Shown here in pieces: positions 50,373-63,960 of a stretch of 64,000 bases of DNA (its first letter is position 1; each line of letters starts with the position of its first letter). Location of the stretch: NCBI RefSeq assembly GCF_001194135.2, contig NC_068981.1, positions 149,994,586-150,058,585 of the forward strand. Reading direction: 5' to 3'. The stretch comes from Octopus bimaculoides (taxonomy: Eukaryota). The notes beneath the pieces were generated by a model. That model saw only the letters and a list, made by a program, of their open reading frames with translations. It ran no database searches and was not told the origin of the DNA. Both the position numbers and the translations under genes were made by a program.

Positions 50373-51480
50373 GCAATCTCGAGTATAACCAGCCGAAATT
50401 GCAAAGATAATCTGGAACTCGACTGAGGAAAGAAACCTTCGAATGACCCGTCCGTGTTTTTTCTTGTCCCTCTTTTGTATCATCTGTCTGNNNNNNNNNN
50501 GGAAAGAAACCTTCGAATGACCCGTCCGTGTTTTTTCTTGTCCCTCTTTTGTATCATCTGTCTGGATGTGTTGTTGTCCCTTTTTTGTACCATCTAGCTG
50601 TCTGCATGTTTTGCGTTCTTGTCCCATTTTTTTTGTATTCCTTTTTATATACATATGGCGGCGTACGTACACTTTGGTCTCTTATATGTAAGTACATATA
50701 TATTAGGCTGTCAAGAAAGTTCTTGCTGGATTTTTAATTTTGGTTTTAAACGATGCATTTTCAAATTAATTTTCGATAAATTATTTTATATAAAATTTTA
50801 AAGCCCGTTTTTCGTTCTATCTAATCGTGTTACTCTTTTTCTTTCGTTCCTTCCCCCTCTCTCACATTTCCTGGCTTCCTCTTCATTCTCACCTTCCCTT
50901 CTCTTTCACTTCACTCTCTCCCTTTTTTCTCGTCCCTCCCTAATTCTTCTGTCCCTCTGCCTCTGCCTCTCTTCTCTCTCCCTACGTGATCGATGTTCAG
51001 CCAAGCCTTTCCTTTCTCTTTTGATTCGACTACCATCCGTGCAACATTATTCATTCCCATGCCTGTCATCTCTTATGTCCCTGCTGTAAGGCTTCACTTC
51101 CACACACGCCAGCTTAATTTAATTCGTCCTTAGTCGAAAGACACCTGTTGTTATGTCCTGTTATTTGCATTTGTATTTGTGTACCATTTCTCCGTTTTTT
51201 TCCGTCCTTGTTTTCGTATACATTCGCTGTTTTCTTCAAAGGAATCTAATGCTCTTAGCTTGGTTTTTTTTCTTGGCGATGGCCAGATTATTGCAATCTC
51301 GAGTATAACCAGCCGAAATTGCAAAGATAATCTGGAACTCGACTGAGGAAAGAAAACTTCCGTGTATTTTCTTGTCCCTCTTTTGTATCATCTGTCTGGA
51401 TATTTTGTTTTCCTTTTTTTGTATCATCTAGATGTCTGGATGTTTTGCGTTCTTGCCCAATTTTTTGTATTCCTTTATAT
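50373..51480 (+). mobile_element. Non-autonomous Penelope-like element with partial-tandem pseudo-LTRs
   Basis: Repeat GCAATCTCGAGTATAACCAGCCGAAATTGCAAAG...TTTTTGTATTCC occurs at 50373-50657 (5'-truncated) and 51293-51480. A pyrimidine-rich non-coding body lies between them. Confidence 0.6.
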
Positions 51481-52673
51481 ATATATAATATGGTGTTATG
51501 AAGAGCATCGAGCCCTAAATATCCTGCAAAACCAGACAGTGAAGCCTGGTGCAGTCTTCTGCCAAGCCAGAACCTGTCAAACAGTCCAACCCATCCCAGC
51601 CGGGAAAATGGCCAGTAAATGATGATGACAAAACTGAACTAAGAGAAATAACTCAGATTTGCCAGTAGCATGTATAGGAACAACACTGATAAATAGAGTT
51701 ACATCAATGACTTTTAGCTAATTTTTTTAATTCATACAAATTATATAGGCAATAAATGCATTATGCGCTTATTGTATGATTTTGTCTCTGTTATTGTATG
51801 TGACTTTGTCCCCTATAATTTCTTATAATGCAGCGGTACTCAGTTGCTATTTGGTAAATAACGACGCATCCTCAGTAGACAGTGATGATTTTAATAAACC
51901 AAGGATTTATGTTACATAGCACTATAACTTTGTTCAAAATTTGTGGCTTATTTCATGTAGTACTTGCAGATAATATTACCGTCTAGTTTTAAGTGGAGTG
52001 TTTCGTTAGATTCTTTATTAGTAGCTGTTAGATATATTAAATTTTAATCTTTATTATTTACTTATATTTTATTAAATTGTTTTTTCTTCAATTTCTACGT
52101 TATTTATTTTCTTAACGCGATTAACAGAGATGAATCCTTACTAGTTTTAATAACATTGAATCTTTGAGTTTAAATTAACTCTTTTCATGTATCGCCCACA
52201 TCCAAACACTACGCATATATGTTGTATACAAGTGAATGCATTTGCAAATAAACGTTGCTTTCGGAGATCATTATTCTGTGTGAGTGTGTTTGCTTGTATG
52301 TGTGCGTGGGCGCGTGACTGTAAGTGTGAGTACATGCGTACCTTCTTTGTCCCTGTGAGAGTATGGTGGCTGCGTCTGTGTAAGTGTGTTTACTCGTATA
52401 TATGATCTTCAACGCGGAAATTCACGAAATACACATGCTGGTTTAAAGCATGGCATGAACCAGAAGAACTACGCATTTGAAGATAGAATAAAAGCAAAAA
52501 TGATATCGTGATGAATATAAAAAAAATAATAATTTCAAGTGATTCTGGAAATAAATATCACATTTTGGAACTTGTAAGTAATCGTCAAAAGATTATTCCG
52601 TGTTTTTTTTTTTATGTTTTATAATTTCAGTATTGGATCTGCTTAAACGCATTGCAATATTTTGAGCCTCGAA

Positions 52674-53150
52674 GGCGGCGAGCTGGCAAAATCGTTAGCA
52701 CACCTGACGAAATGCTTAGCGGTATTTCGTTTGCCGTTATGTTCTGTGTTCAATTTCCGCCGAGGTCGACCTTGCCTTTCATCCTTTCGGGGTCGATAAA
52801 TTAAGTACCAGTTACACACTGGGGTCGATGTAATCGACTTAATCCCTTTGTCCGTCCTTGTTTGACCCCTCTATGTTTAGCCCCTTGTGGGCAATAAAGA
52901 AATAAGAAAAGTCATCACGCCGGGCGAAAGGCTTAACGGTATTTCGTCTGTCTTCGTGTTCTGAGTTCAAATTCCGCCAAGGTCGGCTTTTCTTTTCATC
53001 CTTTCGAGGTCGATAAATTAAGTACCAGTTGCGTACTGGGTCGATCTAATCGACTGACCCTCTCCCTCATTTGAGTGCTGGGAGCGATTTAATCGACTTA
53101 CTCCATCCTCCGAACTTGCTGGCCTTGTGCCAAAATTTAAAATCAATATT
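52674..53150 (+). mobile_element. Head-to-tail SINE family B copies (best-preserved copy at 52674)
   Basis: AAGGCGGCGAGCTGGCAAAATCGTTAGCAC..GAAATGCTTAGCGGTATTTCG..GTTCAATTTCCGCCGAGGTCGAC..GGGGTCGATAAATTAAGTACC. A second copy follows from about 52915 with a duplicated 3' part. Confidence 0.9.
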
Positions 53151-53544
53151 TTGAGCCTCATCAATAGTGTTAGCTAGAAAATGAGGATGAATTTTCTAAA
53201 TTAAATCTATCACACAGTAGTTTTCATTTTTTTTATTGTCGTGCGTAATAAGTTGTGTTTTATTTATTTATTTTTTATTTATTGCACACTTTATATTTCT
53301 GAACAACGCATGTTTCAGAAGCGTTTAATTCTAGAGCAAAATAACATCATATATTCCTTTGCATTTGTGTGTATAAGTGCGGTATGCCTTTTTCATACTT
53401 GTTAGCATGTGAGTGTGTTGTGCGTACTTACACATGCGCACTTGGGTATATATAATGCATGTTTCAGTATGTACAAACGTACATACTGAATTATTTCTCA
53501 GAACATACTACGTTCGTCTCCTTGCATCTTCCATCTTCCACTTG

Positions 53545-53942
53545 TTTTAGTCATTAGACTGCCGCCGTGCTGGGGCACCGATTGAAGGGCTTTTAGTCGA
53601 GCGAATGGACACCAGTACGTTATTTTAAGCCTGGTATTTATTTTATTGGTAACTTTAGCCACTAAGTTACGGGGGCATACTCGAACCAACACCGGTTGTC
53701 AAGCGGTAGTGGGGGACAGACATATACAGAAAGACATACGCGTGCAGCGCACGCACAGACACACATATATGTACATACACGACAGGTTTCTTTGAGTTTC
53801 CGTTCACCAAATCCACTCATAATGCTTTGGTCGACCCGGAGCTACAGTAGAAGACACCTACCAAAGTTGCAATGCAGCAAGCCTGAACCCCGGAACCATG
53901 CGCTTGGGAAGTAAACTTCTTACCGCCCAGCCACGCCTGCAC
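53545..53942 (-). mobile_element. Full-length SINE family A
   Basis: Minus strand GGTGCAGGCGTGGCTGGGCGGTAAGAAG (A-box), GGTTCCGGGGTTCAGG (B-box-like), central microsatellite, 3' GGTGCCCCAGCACGGCGGCAGTC. Confidence 0.85.
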
Positions 53943-53959
53943 CTTATAAATGATAAAGA

Positions 53960-54185
53960 TCCTTCCCGTGCCATATAGAACCCGTACGACCGGTTTCCCG
54001 GTTTCCATGATGCAATATATTCTCCGCCAGTCGGGACGGGATTGCTCATTTTTGCCAACTGAGAGAGCTGGAGCAACTTGAAATGAAGTGTTTTCCCTTA
54101 AAAACACAATGTGTCGCCATGTCTAGGAATCGAAACCACAGACCGGCGCCCATATCCACTAAGCCACGTACCATGAGTCCAACAC
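53960..54185 (+). mobile_element. SINE-like repeat fragment
   Basis: CTCATTTTTGCCAACTGAGAGAGCTGGAGCAACTTGAAATGAAGTG..GGAATCGAAACCAC (antisense B-box-like). Related to 11790-11910. Confidence 0.55.
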
Positions 54186-54519
54186 CCATTTCCAGGAAGC
54201 CACGCGCCTCCACGTGTCAGAATATTTGTTTGTATATGTTTTTCATAGAAAATTGTATTTCTATAGATTTCGAAGTTTTGTCATTTTTAAAATGGTAGAA
54301 TGTTATTTCAATCAGTTTTGGCGGCTATTTATAGTTGATCGAGCGACCCAGAAGAGACCTTCACCTCCCATAATTTTTTATTGAAAATAGCAGGTACTTT
54401 TGTATCTATGTCTCATTTCTGTTGTGATCTCTCAATCAATCCCGAGCGAGCAGATGTCAATGATCAAAACATCCCATTCCTAACGACTATTTTATTTTAT
54501 GAATATTTAGGATTATATT

Positions 54520-54712
54520 AAAGCGGTGAGCTGGTAGAATTGTTAGCACGCTGAGCAAATTACTTAGCAGTATTTCGTCCGTCTTTACGTTCTAGTTCAA
54601 ATACCGCTGAGGTCGACGTTGCCTTCCCTCTTTCGTGGTCGATAAAATAAACACCAGTAGACACAGTGTGGTCGATGTAATTGACCGTATTCCCGGTCTT
54701 GTGCCAAAATTG
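54520..54712 (+). mobile_element. SINE family B
   Basis: AAAGCGGTGAGCTGGTAGAATTGTTAGCACG...GAGGTCGAC...GTCGATAAAATAAACACCAG. Confidence 0.8.
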
Positions 54713-55719
54713 TTTAATGTTTCCTGTCTCATTGTAATTCGATAGGGGGTGATATCAGAGAGATTTGGCTACTATGTGCATTGAGTCAAGCGACAATATC
54801 TATCAGGGTTAAATGCGTTCTGCATTACTATAATTACGTCTACTTGGGTATCTCTTAATTTTTGTATATGAAGTTAATTTATTGACAGAATATATCAAAC
54901 CAATGTAGTTGGTATTACTTTACATCATTAGTACTGGACTGAAAGTGATGTACTATCACAAGAGTCATTCCCACCGTGCCATGCAGCCTTTACTTCCACA
55001 TATATGTCTGTGCATTGTTTGCATTTCTGTGTGTTCATATATGTATGAATGTATATTTGAATTGTGTTGTGTTATATGGTATTGCATTGTAAGCATGATA
55101 CAAATGTCAATATTTCTCTATCGATCGGCCAGTATTGCTGGCAATAATCTTATTCAAACACAAAGAATACTTAAGAGCTCGACTAAACTTTCAATTTTGT
55201 CGTTTGTGTCCCATTGAGATCGTGGTATTTGATGAGTTAACAATAGGTATCAAAGGGTTAACATAAACATCACTCGAATATGTAAAGTAAGTTTATGAGG
55301 ATTCAATGAGATTCGGTTGTGATTGATCTACTTCTCGTCAGAGTTCATTTAACAAAGATTCCCGAGATGATTATTGACACAAATCTCATATGAAATTTAT
55401 TAATTCAAAACAATCGTATGTTCGATCATAGAATCATTGTGCCAATAACATTAGACTTCTCGGATTGCATTCCACAACAACAGCCTACCTGTTTAAGAAA
55501 TAAATATATTGATACTGCGAATATGTATAACTATGTATTTATATAAACATCAAAGTACATATATATGTATGTATAATTGTATGCATATATGTATATATGT
55601 ATGTATATATGCATGTATGTATCAGTGAATGATTGAATAAAACTGGAACTTCGTGTCGTTGTTTCCTCAAGAAAAACTGCTTATTGTCATTGTTCTTTTG
55701 AATTTCTTTTACTTATCCG

Positions 55720-56021
55720 TGACAGTACTGCTACGTAGCTTAGATAGATAGTTTTTACAGTTGCAAAAACCTTTAAATAGGTTTTATAAAATTTCGATTT
55801 TTGAATCTGGGCATAAAGCTGAGTAGTATGGGATAAATATGTCAAGATTAGAATTTTTGTTATGGTATGTAAAGTCGGAAAGAACTCTCATTAAAGTTCT
55901 TAGTCTACAATTTTGATGAAATTCGAATCATAGATATTCCAGTTCATTAAAGAAAATTTAAAAGAAAAGTGTAATTCTTCAATTCCATGTGATACGGGTA
56001 ACGCCCGGTATCTCTGCTAGT
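55720..56021 (+). mobile_element. Non-autonomous Helitron-like element 3' part
   Basis: CGGG-TAACG-CCCG hairpin (55995-56007), then CTAG (56017-56020) and T. The 5' boundary is approximate. Confidence 0.5.
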
Positions 56022-56049
56022 ATTTTATATACATACATACATACATACA

Positions 56050-56085
<36 letters not shown>

Positions 56086-56177
56086 TATATATCGTGTTTG
56101 TCAATATATAATGTTATTTACTGGCAGAATTCTTAGTACATCTGATAAATGGCATTCCAATATTTGTTCAGGTTTGA

Positions 56178-56390
56178 GGCGGAGAGTTGGCAGAATTGTT
56201 AGCACAGCGAGATAAATGCTTAGCGGTTTTTCGTCTATCTTTATATTCTGCGTTTGAATTCTGCCTTGGTCGACTTTACCTTTTATGGGTCAATAAAATA
56301 AGTACCAATTGATCTTTTGGGTCAAAGTAATAGACTTACCTCTCCCCACGAAATTGCTAGCCTTATGTTAAAATGTGAAACCAATATTTG
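56178..56390 (+). mobile_element. SINE family B
   Basis: GAGGCGGAGAGTTGGCAGAATTGTTAGCAC...GTCGACTTTACC...GAAATTGCTAGCCTT. Confidence 0.8.
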
Positions 56391-56599
56391 TTTAGGCTTC
56401 CAATTCCTGAAAAGGACGAAGTTTGACGCCCGTCTTTTCAGGGTGGATAAACAATGTATCATTCAGTTTTTGGACATATCTTCACTCTTTCTCATATCTC
56501 GTATTGGATGTCTCTTTGAGTCAAAGATGAGAAGTCTTCTTTATCAGCACGTTCGCGTGGACACTTATAATACTTAGCGAGAGTATTATACACGATACG

Positions 56600-56815
56600 A
56601 ATTCGTACACGATTGGAGATGCTACTCAGTTGTAATCGCTAGCAACTACACATTCTTTATTTTCTCTCCTTGTTTCTTTCTGTGTTCCTTTCTGTGGGAG
56701 AGCGTAGGTTCGAAACGTTAAAGACTTTTTCACTTGCCGAGCGTTAAACTAATACATCTGTTTGCTGTCTACACCACCTGTCTTCGTCTTTCGTTTTTTT
56801 AATTCTCCCTATATA
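56600..56815 (+). mobile_element. Short PLE-type terminal repeat with degenerate hammerhead-like core (family H2, copy A)
   Basis: CTTT-CTGTGGG-A-GAGC-GTAG-GTTC-GAAA-CGTT-AAAG at 56688-56723. Homologous to 59349-59540. Confidence 0.65.
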
Positions 56816-56849
56816 CTTACGTACATGCATACATGCATACATACATACA

Positions 56850-56880
<31 letters not shown>

Positions 56881-57502
56881 GCATGTACGTGCGTATGTAT
56901 GTAATCATATTCATAGGTGAACAAATGAATATATGTATAAATTGGACGCGTATGTGTATGAGTATTTGCGTATATTTATGTATGTACGCGTGTGTATGTA
57001 CGTATAAATACATATATATGTGTATGTACACACGCACACAAACACACAGCACACAATGTATGTGCACATGCACCGCTGGATATATTCATTTATATTTAGC
57101 CAAATTTACGATTTATCTCCGAGATAATCGCGTATCATAAGACAAAACACTGGAATTAAATAATATCGATGTAGAGGAGGAGGAGGGACATCTGAAAGGT
57201 TTCATTACACAGTTGTAGACGAATATATTTGAGTTATTATATTTTCTCTCCTTAATGAATTGTAGGTATGTTTTACTGATAGTGTCATCTCTTTAATCAT
57301 GCCATACAATTTTAAAGTAGAACAATAAATATATATCAAGCAGCGGAGAGTATTAGTGAAACGAAAGGAAAACATTTTATGAAGGGATATCACACAGACA
57401 CACACACACACACACAGAGCGAGAGAGAGAGAGAGAGATGCGCAGACATTTATATATGCATATATATCTATATGAATAAGTAAGTAGCTAAGTTACGTAA
57501 AC

Positions 57503-57560
<58 letters not shown>
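57503..57560. repeat. (AGAT)n microsatellite
   Basis: Directly visible. Confidence 0.95.
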
Positions 57561-57561
<1 letters not shown>

Positions 57562-57638
57562 CGGATGAAGTTGTGTATGTTGTATGCATATTTTACAGAT
57601 GTATGTATGCTTTAATGACTCGGTTGCTTAACAAATAC

Positions 57639-57675
<37 letters not shown>

Positions 57676-58742
57676 GTGTGCGTGTGTGTGTGTGCGTGTG
57701 CAATGATTCTCAAATTCAATACGGAAATATTGAGTATTGTTGAATATGTTATAACTGAATAGCACAAATATGCCAGTATTCCGATTTTCGCGTTTCTGCT
57801 TTTTCAATTGACTATCTGATGCTGAATTATCGTGCGTTTAAATGTATTTGAAAAGAATAAGAAAATATGAAAGCTATTTGAAAACCCTTATCTCGATACA
57901 TTCTAAGGAGACACTCCAGTGTCATACATAAACATGTCTGTTTCATTGTAACGCTTTCTCTCTTGTTCCTGGTTATCACTAGAATACAAAAAGCGAATGA
58001 TCAAAACATCTTTACACTTATATTTATCGTTGTATGTTGTATGAAAACCTCTTGCAAGGGAGGCCCTTCTAAAAGCTCCTCTCTTACGAAATTCAGGTAG
58101 TGTTTAACCTTTCTTTAAAGCGCCCACTTCAAACTAAACCCTTCTCGCTAAACCAGGTAAAAAAGTACTACAACTTACATAATACAAAGTGCTAGTATTT
58201 CTGATCTTTTGATCCAACCTTTACTGTCCTAAATCAATACTCTGACCTTTCAAAATAAAAAGTACCCCTTAATTCATATTTGACGTTTTCTTTCCTACAG
58301 TTATTAGCGTGAGGGCTTGTTTCATGTAAGAACCATATGAATTTCGGCAAAACTACAACCTATTTTCATCAAGTCTGGTAAATGAACGCTTATGTGTGTG
58401 GTATCGGTTTTTGAATGACAGTTCTGTTACTCGATACCTACATTTAAATTACTGTTATTATTTATTATTACCTTAGTTCTATATAATATCGTTTTAGCCA
58501 AACATGTAACATTAAGTAGGCAGTTCTTCAGAATGCTCCAGCTGCACGATTGGCGTAGGTTAGATGCTCATCTACTTGTTTTATTCCATCTTTCAGTATA
58601 ATAACATATTATATAACTACTAAAATTATTGTCTGACAAATAACTAACGGTAATAGTTCTTATTCATTATCATAACTTATATATGGCCCGAATATAAGTG
58701 TATGCAATGCGTACACATCTACCTCATAAACACACATGTATA

Positions 58743-58785
<43 letters not shown>

Positions 58786-59348
58786 AAAAGAAAATAGAGA
58801 TAAGGGAGTTAATAATTACTATTAACAAATTGATCATCTTCGCTTCTTTTAGCCGTTTCAATTAATACTCAGTAATTTAATTACAAATTTACATTTATAT
58901 GCTTTGAGTATAATTTCATCAGAGAAGCAAAAAGTGTACCTTTGGATGTTATATATGGACCTACCAATTCATATCTGCAGACTCTGCTGAAATGAATTGA
59001 TAGGCCGACATAACTTCCAAAGTTTCGTTTTTTTTCTCAGATGAAATTCTACTCATGTCACATCTACAAATGTGTAATTAAATTACTGAGTATTTATTGA
59101 AACAGGTATAAGAAGCGACGATGACCACTTTGTTAATAATAAGCAATTATTAAGTTCCTTATCTCTATTTTATTTTCTTCTTTTAAATGGTTAGACACTA
59201 TTTACTTAATATATACCTATTGTGTTAAGGGAATTTCATTCCCCGAAAATATTAGGTGTTGAATCAGTATTTCCTTGGATGTAACCATCACTTCACGAGG
59301 TTAAAACATGCTCTAATTAAATAAATTAAAATTATTCCAGGATATATA

Positions 59349-59540
59349 CATAGTGAGAATTTACAAAAACAAAAAAAAAGACGAAGACGGGTGTGTAAAC
59401 AACAAACTGATGTATTAGTTTAACGCTCGGGAAGGGAGAAAGTCTTTTATGTTTCGAGCCTACGCTCTTCGACAGAAAGGAACACAGAAATAAACAGGGA
59501 GAAAAATAGAAAAAAAGGTATAGTAGTAAGCGATCTATCA
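59349..59540 (-). mobile_element. Short PLE-type terminal repeat with hammerhead-like core (family H2, copy B)
   Basis: Minus strand CTTT-CTGTCGA-A-GAGC-GTAG-GCTC-GAAA-CATA-AAAG at 59444-59479, followed by CCGAGCGTTAAACTAATACATC as in copy A. Confidence 0.68.
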
Positions 59541-61607
59541 TGTCAAATCACTGCAACCACGGTGAAGTTATTTCATTACAACCACATTTCACTGCAACCA
59601 TCACTAACCTGTTTTGAATGCAACTAACAGAGCTATACCAATAAGACCAATACAGTATCCATAAAAGCCGAGCCATTACACCCACTACTGATTTGTTTCA
59701 TTACAATCACTACAAATTTGAACCATTTCATGTGGTATTAAGCTACTGTTCTATTATAGCCACTATTGAGTAGTCATTAAAACCATCACCGAGCTATACC
59801 ATTATCAAAAATTCTAAAATATCTTATAAAGATATCTTACAAGCTTAGATATCTTAGAAACCACCACTCAGATCTTGTTTCAACTACTTTCACTCTATGG
59901 TTACAATCATCGCTCATCCGTGTCAGTAATCCCACTCTTAAGGTATTTCATTACAACCACTACTTAGTGAATATTTCTCAATATATATATAGTAATATAG
60001 ATTTCATATAATTATAAATGCATGCGCATTAAAAGTTAGAGTTACGAAAATGCATTGCATGTCTAAAAATATTCAAGCTAAACGCACAGAAACTATGAAT
60101 ATTCATATTAATAATAATATTAATTTACAGTGGAAATACGTGCGTTTCTGATATCTTTTACGTTCGTCATTGAACGAAAACACTATCTTGATCTAGCAGT
60201 GGCGTATTACCTATGCAAATTTTGGTTCATTAAATATCCAATATTAATATGTTTATACTACCTCCTCAGGGCTGGATATTCCTTTATCTATAATGTTTTA
60301 TTGCAATCGAATAATTGTATACTATGTTCTCTTGATCTAGTTTCTTTGATTTATTATGTAAGTAAAATAAATTGGTTACAATAACTATCGAGTCATTAAC
60401 TCTTTTTATACAGGTCAGTTTTCGCCCATTTACAGTTTCACTGAGAAAGAACGTAAAAGGTCTCAAATTAGACAATTTATTTCTGAAGTATTTAATATTA
60501 AGTAATACTTGATGTACTTAATGCTGATACATCATCTCAGTTCAAGTATGCCTCCGTTACAGATCAACTAAACACATCATAAATGAATTAATACGTTGAA
60601 ATGTTCATGAATACTAGAATCCAGAGCAGTCTACAATAACGATATAAAAATATAATCTGTTTAATGCACTATAAGTATGTGCCAGAAACATTTTAAGCAT
60701 AATAAAACGGTGAAACATAGATTTCTTTGTCACTTACATTCGTTGAAGTAATCAAAACGAATCAGTAACAAAACAACAATCATGAATTGTATATTGACAA
60801 TTTGATAAGGGAGAGTCGACATTCCGTTAGGATTTTTTTGTCATGATTATAGTTGACATTAAAACATTGTATTTTTCAAAGAATCAATCAGAAAATTTGA
60901 TAAATTTTGCGATAAGGTGTTTATATTCAGACATTGTATTCGATAACGAGAAATATAAGGAGGAAATTTTTGACTATAAACTATTATTGATATAAAATTG
61001 CTGTTAAGGTCGCGTTGGGAATTAACGATGAGAAACTGGTGGTTAATGATTTCTTATATCTACTCCATCTTTAGAATTTCCAAACTTTATTTGCTATACA
61101 CACACCATTCCCCCCTCTCTCTCTCTCTCTCTCTTTTTCACCTCCACACGCGCGCGCCTACACACATACTTTGTTTCTAATGGTGGAACTTGAAGTAGAG
61201 AGAGGTATAAATAATAGCATGGAGATATTGGTTCTTCAAAAGGAGTTTTAACCCATTATTTACATACCATTATACATAGCGTTAGCTATTAAAAACGAAT
61301 TACTTGGAGCCTTTCGAAGTTACTACATTCTTATGACGTTTGCGTATGTGTGTGTGTGAGAGAGAAAGAGAGACTTGATACCCCATAAAATAGTAAAATA
61401 GCCGTTTTTTATACAAAGTTTCAACATCATCTTAAATGTGTCGGAATCCAACTTCGTTTTGGGTCAATTGGAGAGGATTTCTTTCGAGGTCAGAGTAAGA
61501 ATGAAATCACACGAATTTAGCATAGTAGGGGAATTATACTCTATTTATCGACTCTGAAATGTTGACTGTCGAAGTTGCTTGTGCGAATACCGCAACTCAT
61601 TGTATAA

Positions 61608-61641
<34 letters not shown>

Positions 61642-62199
61642 CGAAAGTGTGTGCGTATGTGAGTGTATATATATATGCATGTACGCATTATGTATACATT
61701 TACTGATTAATGACTAAGCATTCCACAGAGACGTCTATCTAAACATACGTTCTACACTCCACAGACATTCTAGTGTTTTGTATATGCTGTCCTTCAGATT
61801 CTAGATAGATATTATTAGTTTTGTGTTTTTTCTCTTTTGACTAGATGCTTGAAAGGAGATTGATTGTTGGAATATTTCTTGCGCAGGTCACTTTCAGACA
61901 ATCCATTATTTTTTCTGTTTGGTTACCTTATTTAACGAATTCGGCTACGTAGACGACTAAGCTAATCATATATGCATGGTCTGATGGGCAAATATCTGGT
62001 TTCCTAAATTTGCAGTGTTGGATGTGAATTTTGGTTATGTGATATCAGAGTCGCAGCTGTTGGAAACTTTCACGGAACAACTATTGTAAATGTTGTTCTA
62101 TCTATGGGTGTCAAGGAAATATCAGTACTGGGGAATCTATACCTACATTATTAGTCCGGACATTTAACGAAGAAGAGAAAACAAATCATAACTTTCCTG

Positions 62200-63600
62200 G
62201 ATGCACTTTAGGTTTGTTTTGTTTTGGTCGGAGTGGAAGATATCTTGTCTTTAAAGTCACCGTCAACAAGAGTGGTATATATTTTGGGGCTACTTTACGG
62301 AAAATTTCTTTAGATGAAGAAAGTTTAGAAATCCTACTTAAATTTAACTATAAAGGCTTTAACACGATAGGCAAAACTGTATATATATATATATATATAC
62401 GTTTATGGTAGGGCTTATAAATCTATAAAGCTAGGTCCAAGGAAGCAGTTAAGACGTATTTTAGTGAGGTTTGTAGCTACTGTGATCTGATGACTTATAT
62501 TGTTAAAAACAGTTATGAGATTTTTCCTAAAGCTATCTAGTGTATGGCCACCACAGCCATGAGATTTTTCTATTGCATCATCTAAGTAAAAGTCATTACC
62601 TTGGGAAATGAACTCGGTTTTTAGGCTATCTATTTTAAAACCCAACAATATCACGTAAATGTAACCTATTGTGTACGTTCTAAAGCCCAACTCGATCAAA
62701 TATATGTAAACTATATAGCACCTATATACAAAGGGTGAATTAAACCCTTTCTCTGTAGATTGAAAGCATGATAAACAACCTTAATAGATTTTCAATTGTT
62801 AATGGATTCTCGTGAGAGTCATCTACATCAATTTGACCATGCTTTATCTAGCAAGGGTCTCGATATCGGTGGGTTGGAGGTAAAGCCCACGATATCAAAC
62901 TGCGTAAACTTAACATTAGACTTACCATTTATCTGCCTATCTTCTCTTTAATTAATGTGCAAGACACATGTATCATTAACATTATTCTTGCAGAATCAGC
63001 TTGACACAGTTTTTGAATTACAGATGTAATCCTTTCGACAGGCATCGCTAAAGTTTCGATCAAGCCAATTTCAGTTGCAAGTTATGATTTTACCCGAAGC
63101 TACAGATTATTATATTACTGTATTTAGAATTATATATCATTTGGGTGTTACAGTGGTATATTTGCCTATATATTTCTTTTCTTACAACTAATTCAAAATC
63201 TATGGAAAAAATTACATTTTCACTTGGCAGAATCAAAAATGTTAATATGGATTGAAACTGAGTCAAGGAGGTCACTTGCAAATTACATATAATATCTACT
63301 GAACCACCAGAAATAATATCATGAGTAGAATTCCTTGCAAATCTTCAGAAAAGCTTTCCCTGGGTATTTCAGTAGATATTTTTTTAATGGATAATCTTGC
63401 TTAACATTCAGAATATTCTTTTCTGTTTTTACCTTGCTGATCTCCATTGCAGTTTATAAGTAAGATTAACTTTACATGGCGGATCGATTAAGGAATTGTG
63501 GTTAAGCTTATTCCAACAATCCGCTAAAGTCTATATTTCTTTTTGTGCGGAAGTTTAAGCTTTTGCTTGTGTTTGCAATAACAATATTGACTTTGAAAAT
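62200..63600 (-). mobile_element. Decayed Penelope-like element RT (lineage 2), split by a (TA)n tract at about 62380-62400
   Basis: KFTQFDIVGF..PISRPLLDKAW (cf. FIQFDIVEFYPSI..LL.KAL), NDFYLDDAI (RT YxDD), FRKNLITVFNNISHQITVATNLTKIRLNCFL (cf. KKIIKIF..GLKIT..NLK.VNFLD), YKPYHK, then LSRISKLSSSKEIFRKVAPKY (cf. RIS.LS.NEEIF.KAAP.Y). Confidence 0.82.
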
Positions 63601-63960
63601 AAATACAGCACATCTGCTTTCTTATTTATAAATAAAAAGTGTACAGTAGTCAGTATGATAGTTGTGTTAAAGGGTGATCGTTTCGTAAATCTAACACGAG
63701 TTTAAAAGCCTATTAAATATTTAGCGGCTGCATTAGACTAAGGTCTACATATTAAAAAACTGTTCGTATATTTTACATACTCTACAAGAAATTTCAATGT
63801 TCAGATCTATTTATTTACTTTGCGTTCTTTGCACTAGTAGTTTAGACAGTCCAAAAGATAAAACAAACACTTCTTGCCACAACCTCTGTTGGTCACACAT
63901 CAATCATTTTTGCTATTCCCTGATTGATCATATCGACCGAAGGATTGAATCACCAGCTGA

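Noticed and set aside
50455-50560. Local duplication around the 10-N gap
   Set aside because: It is an overlap of contig ends across a scaffold gap, an assembly artefact.
62415-62699. 94-aa ORF as a host gene exon
   Set aside because: It is explained as the YxDD region of the Penelope-like RT relic.
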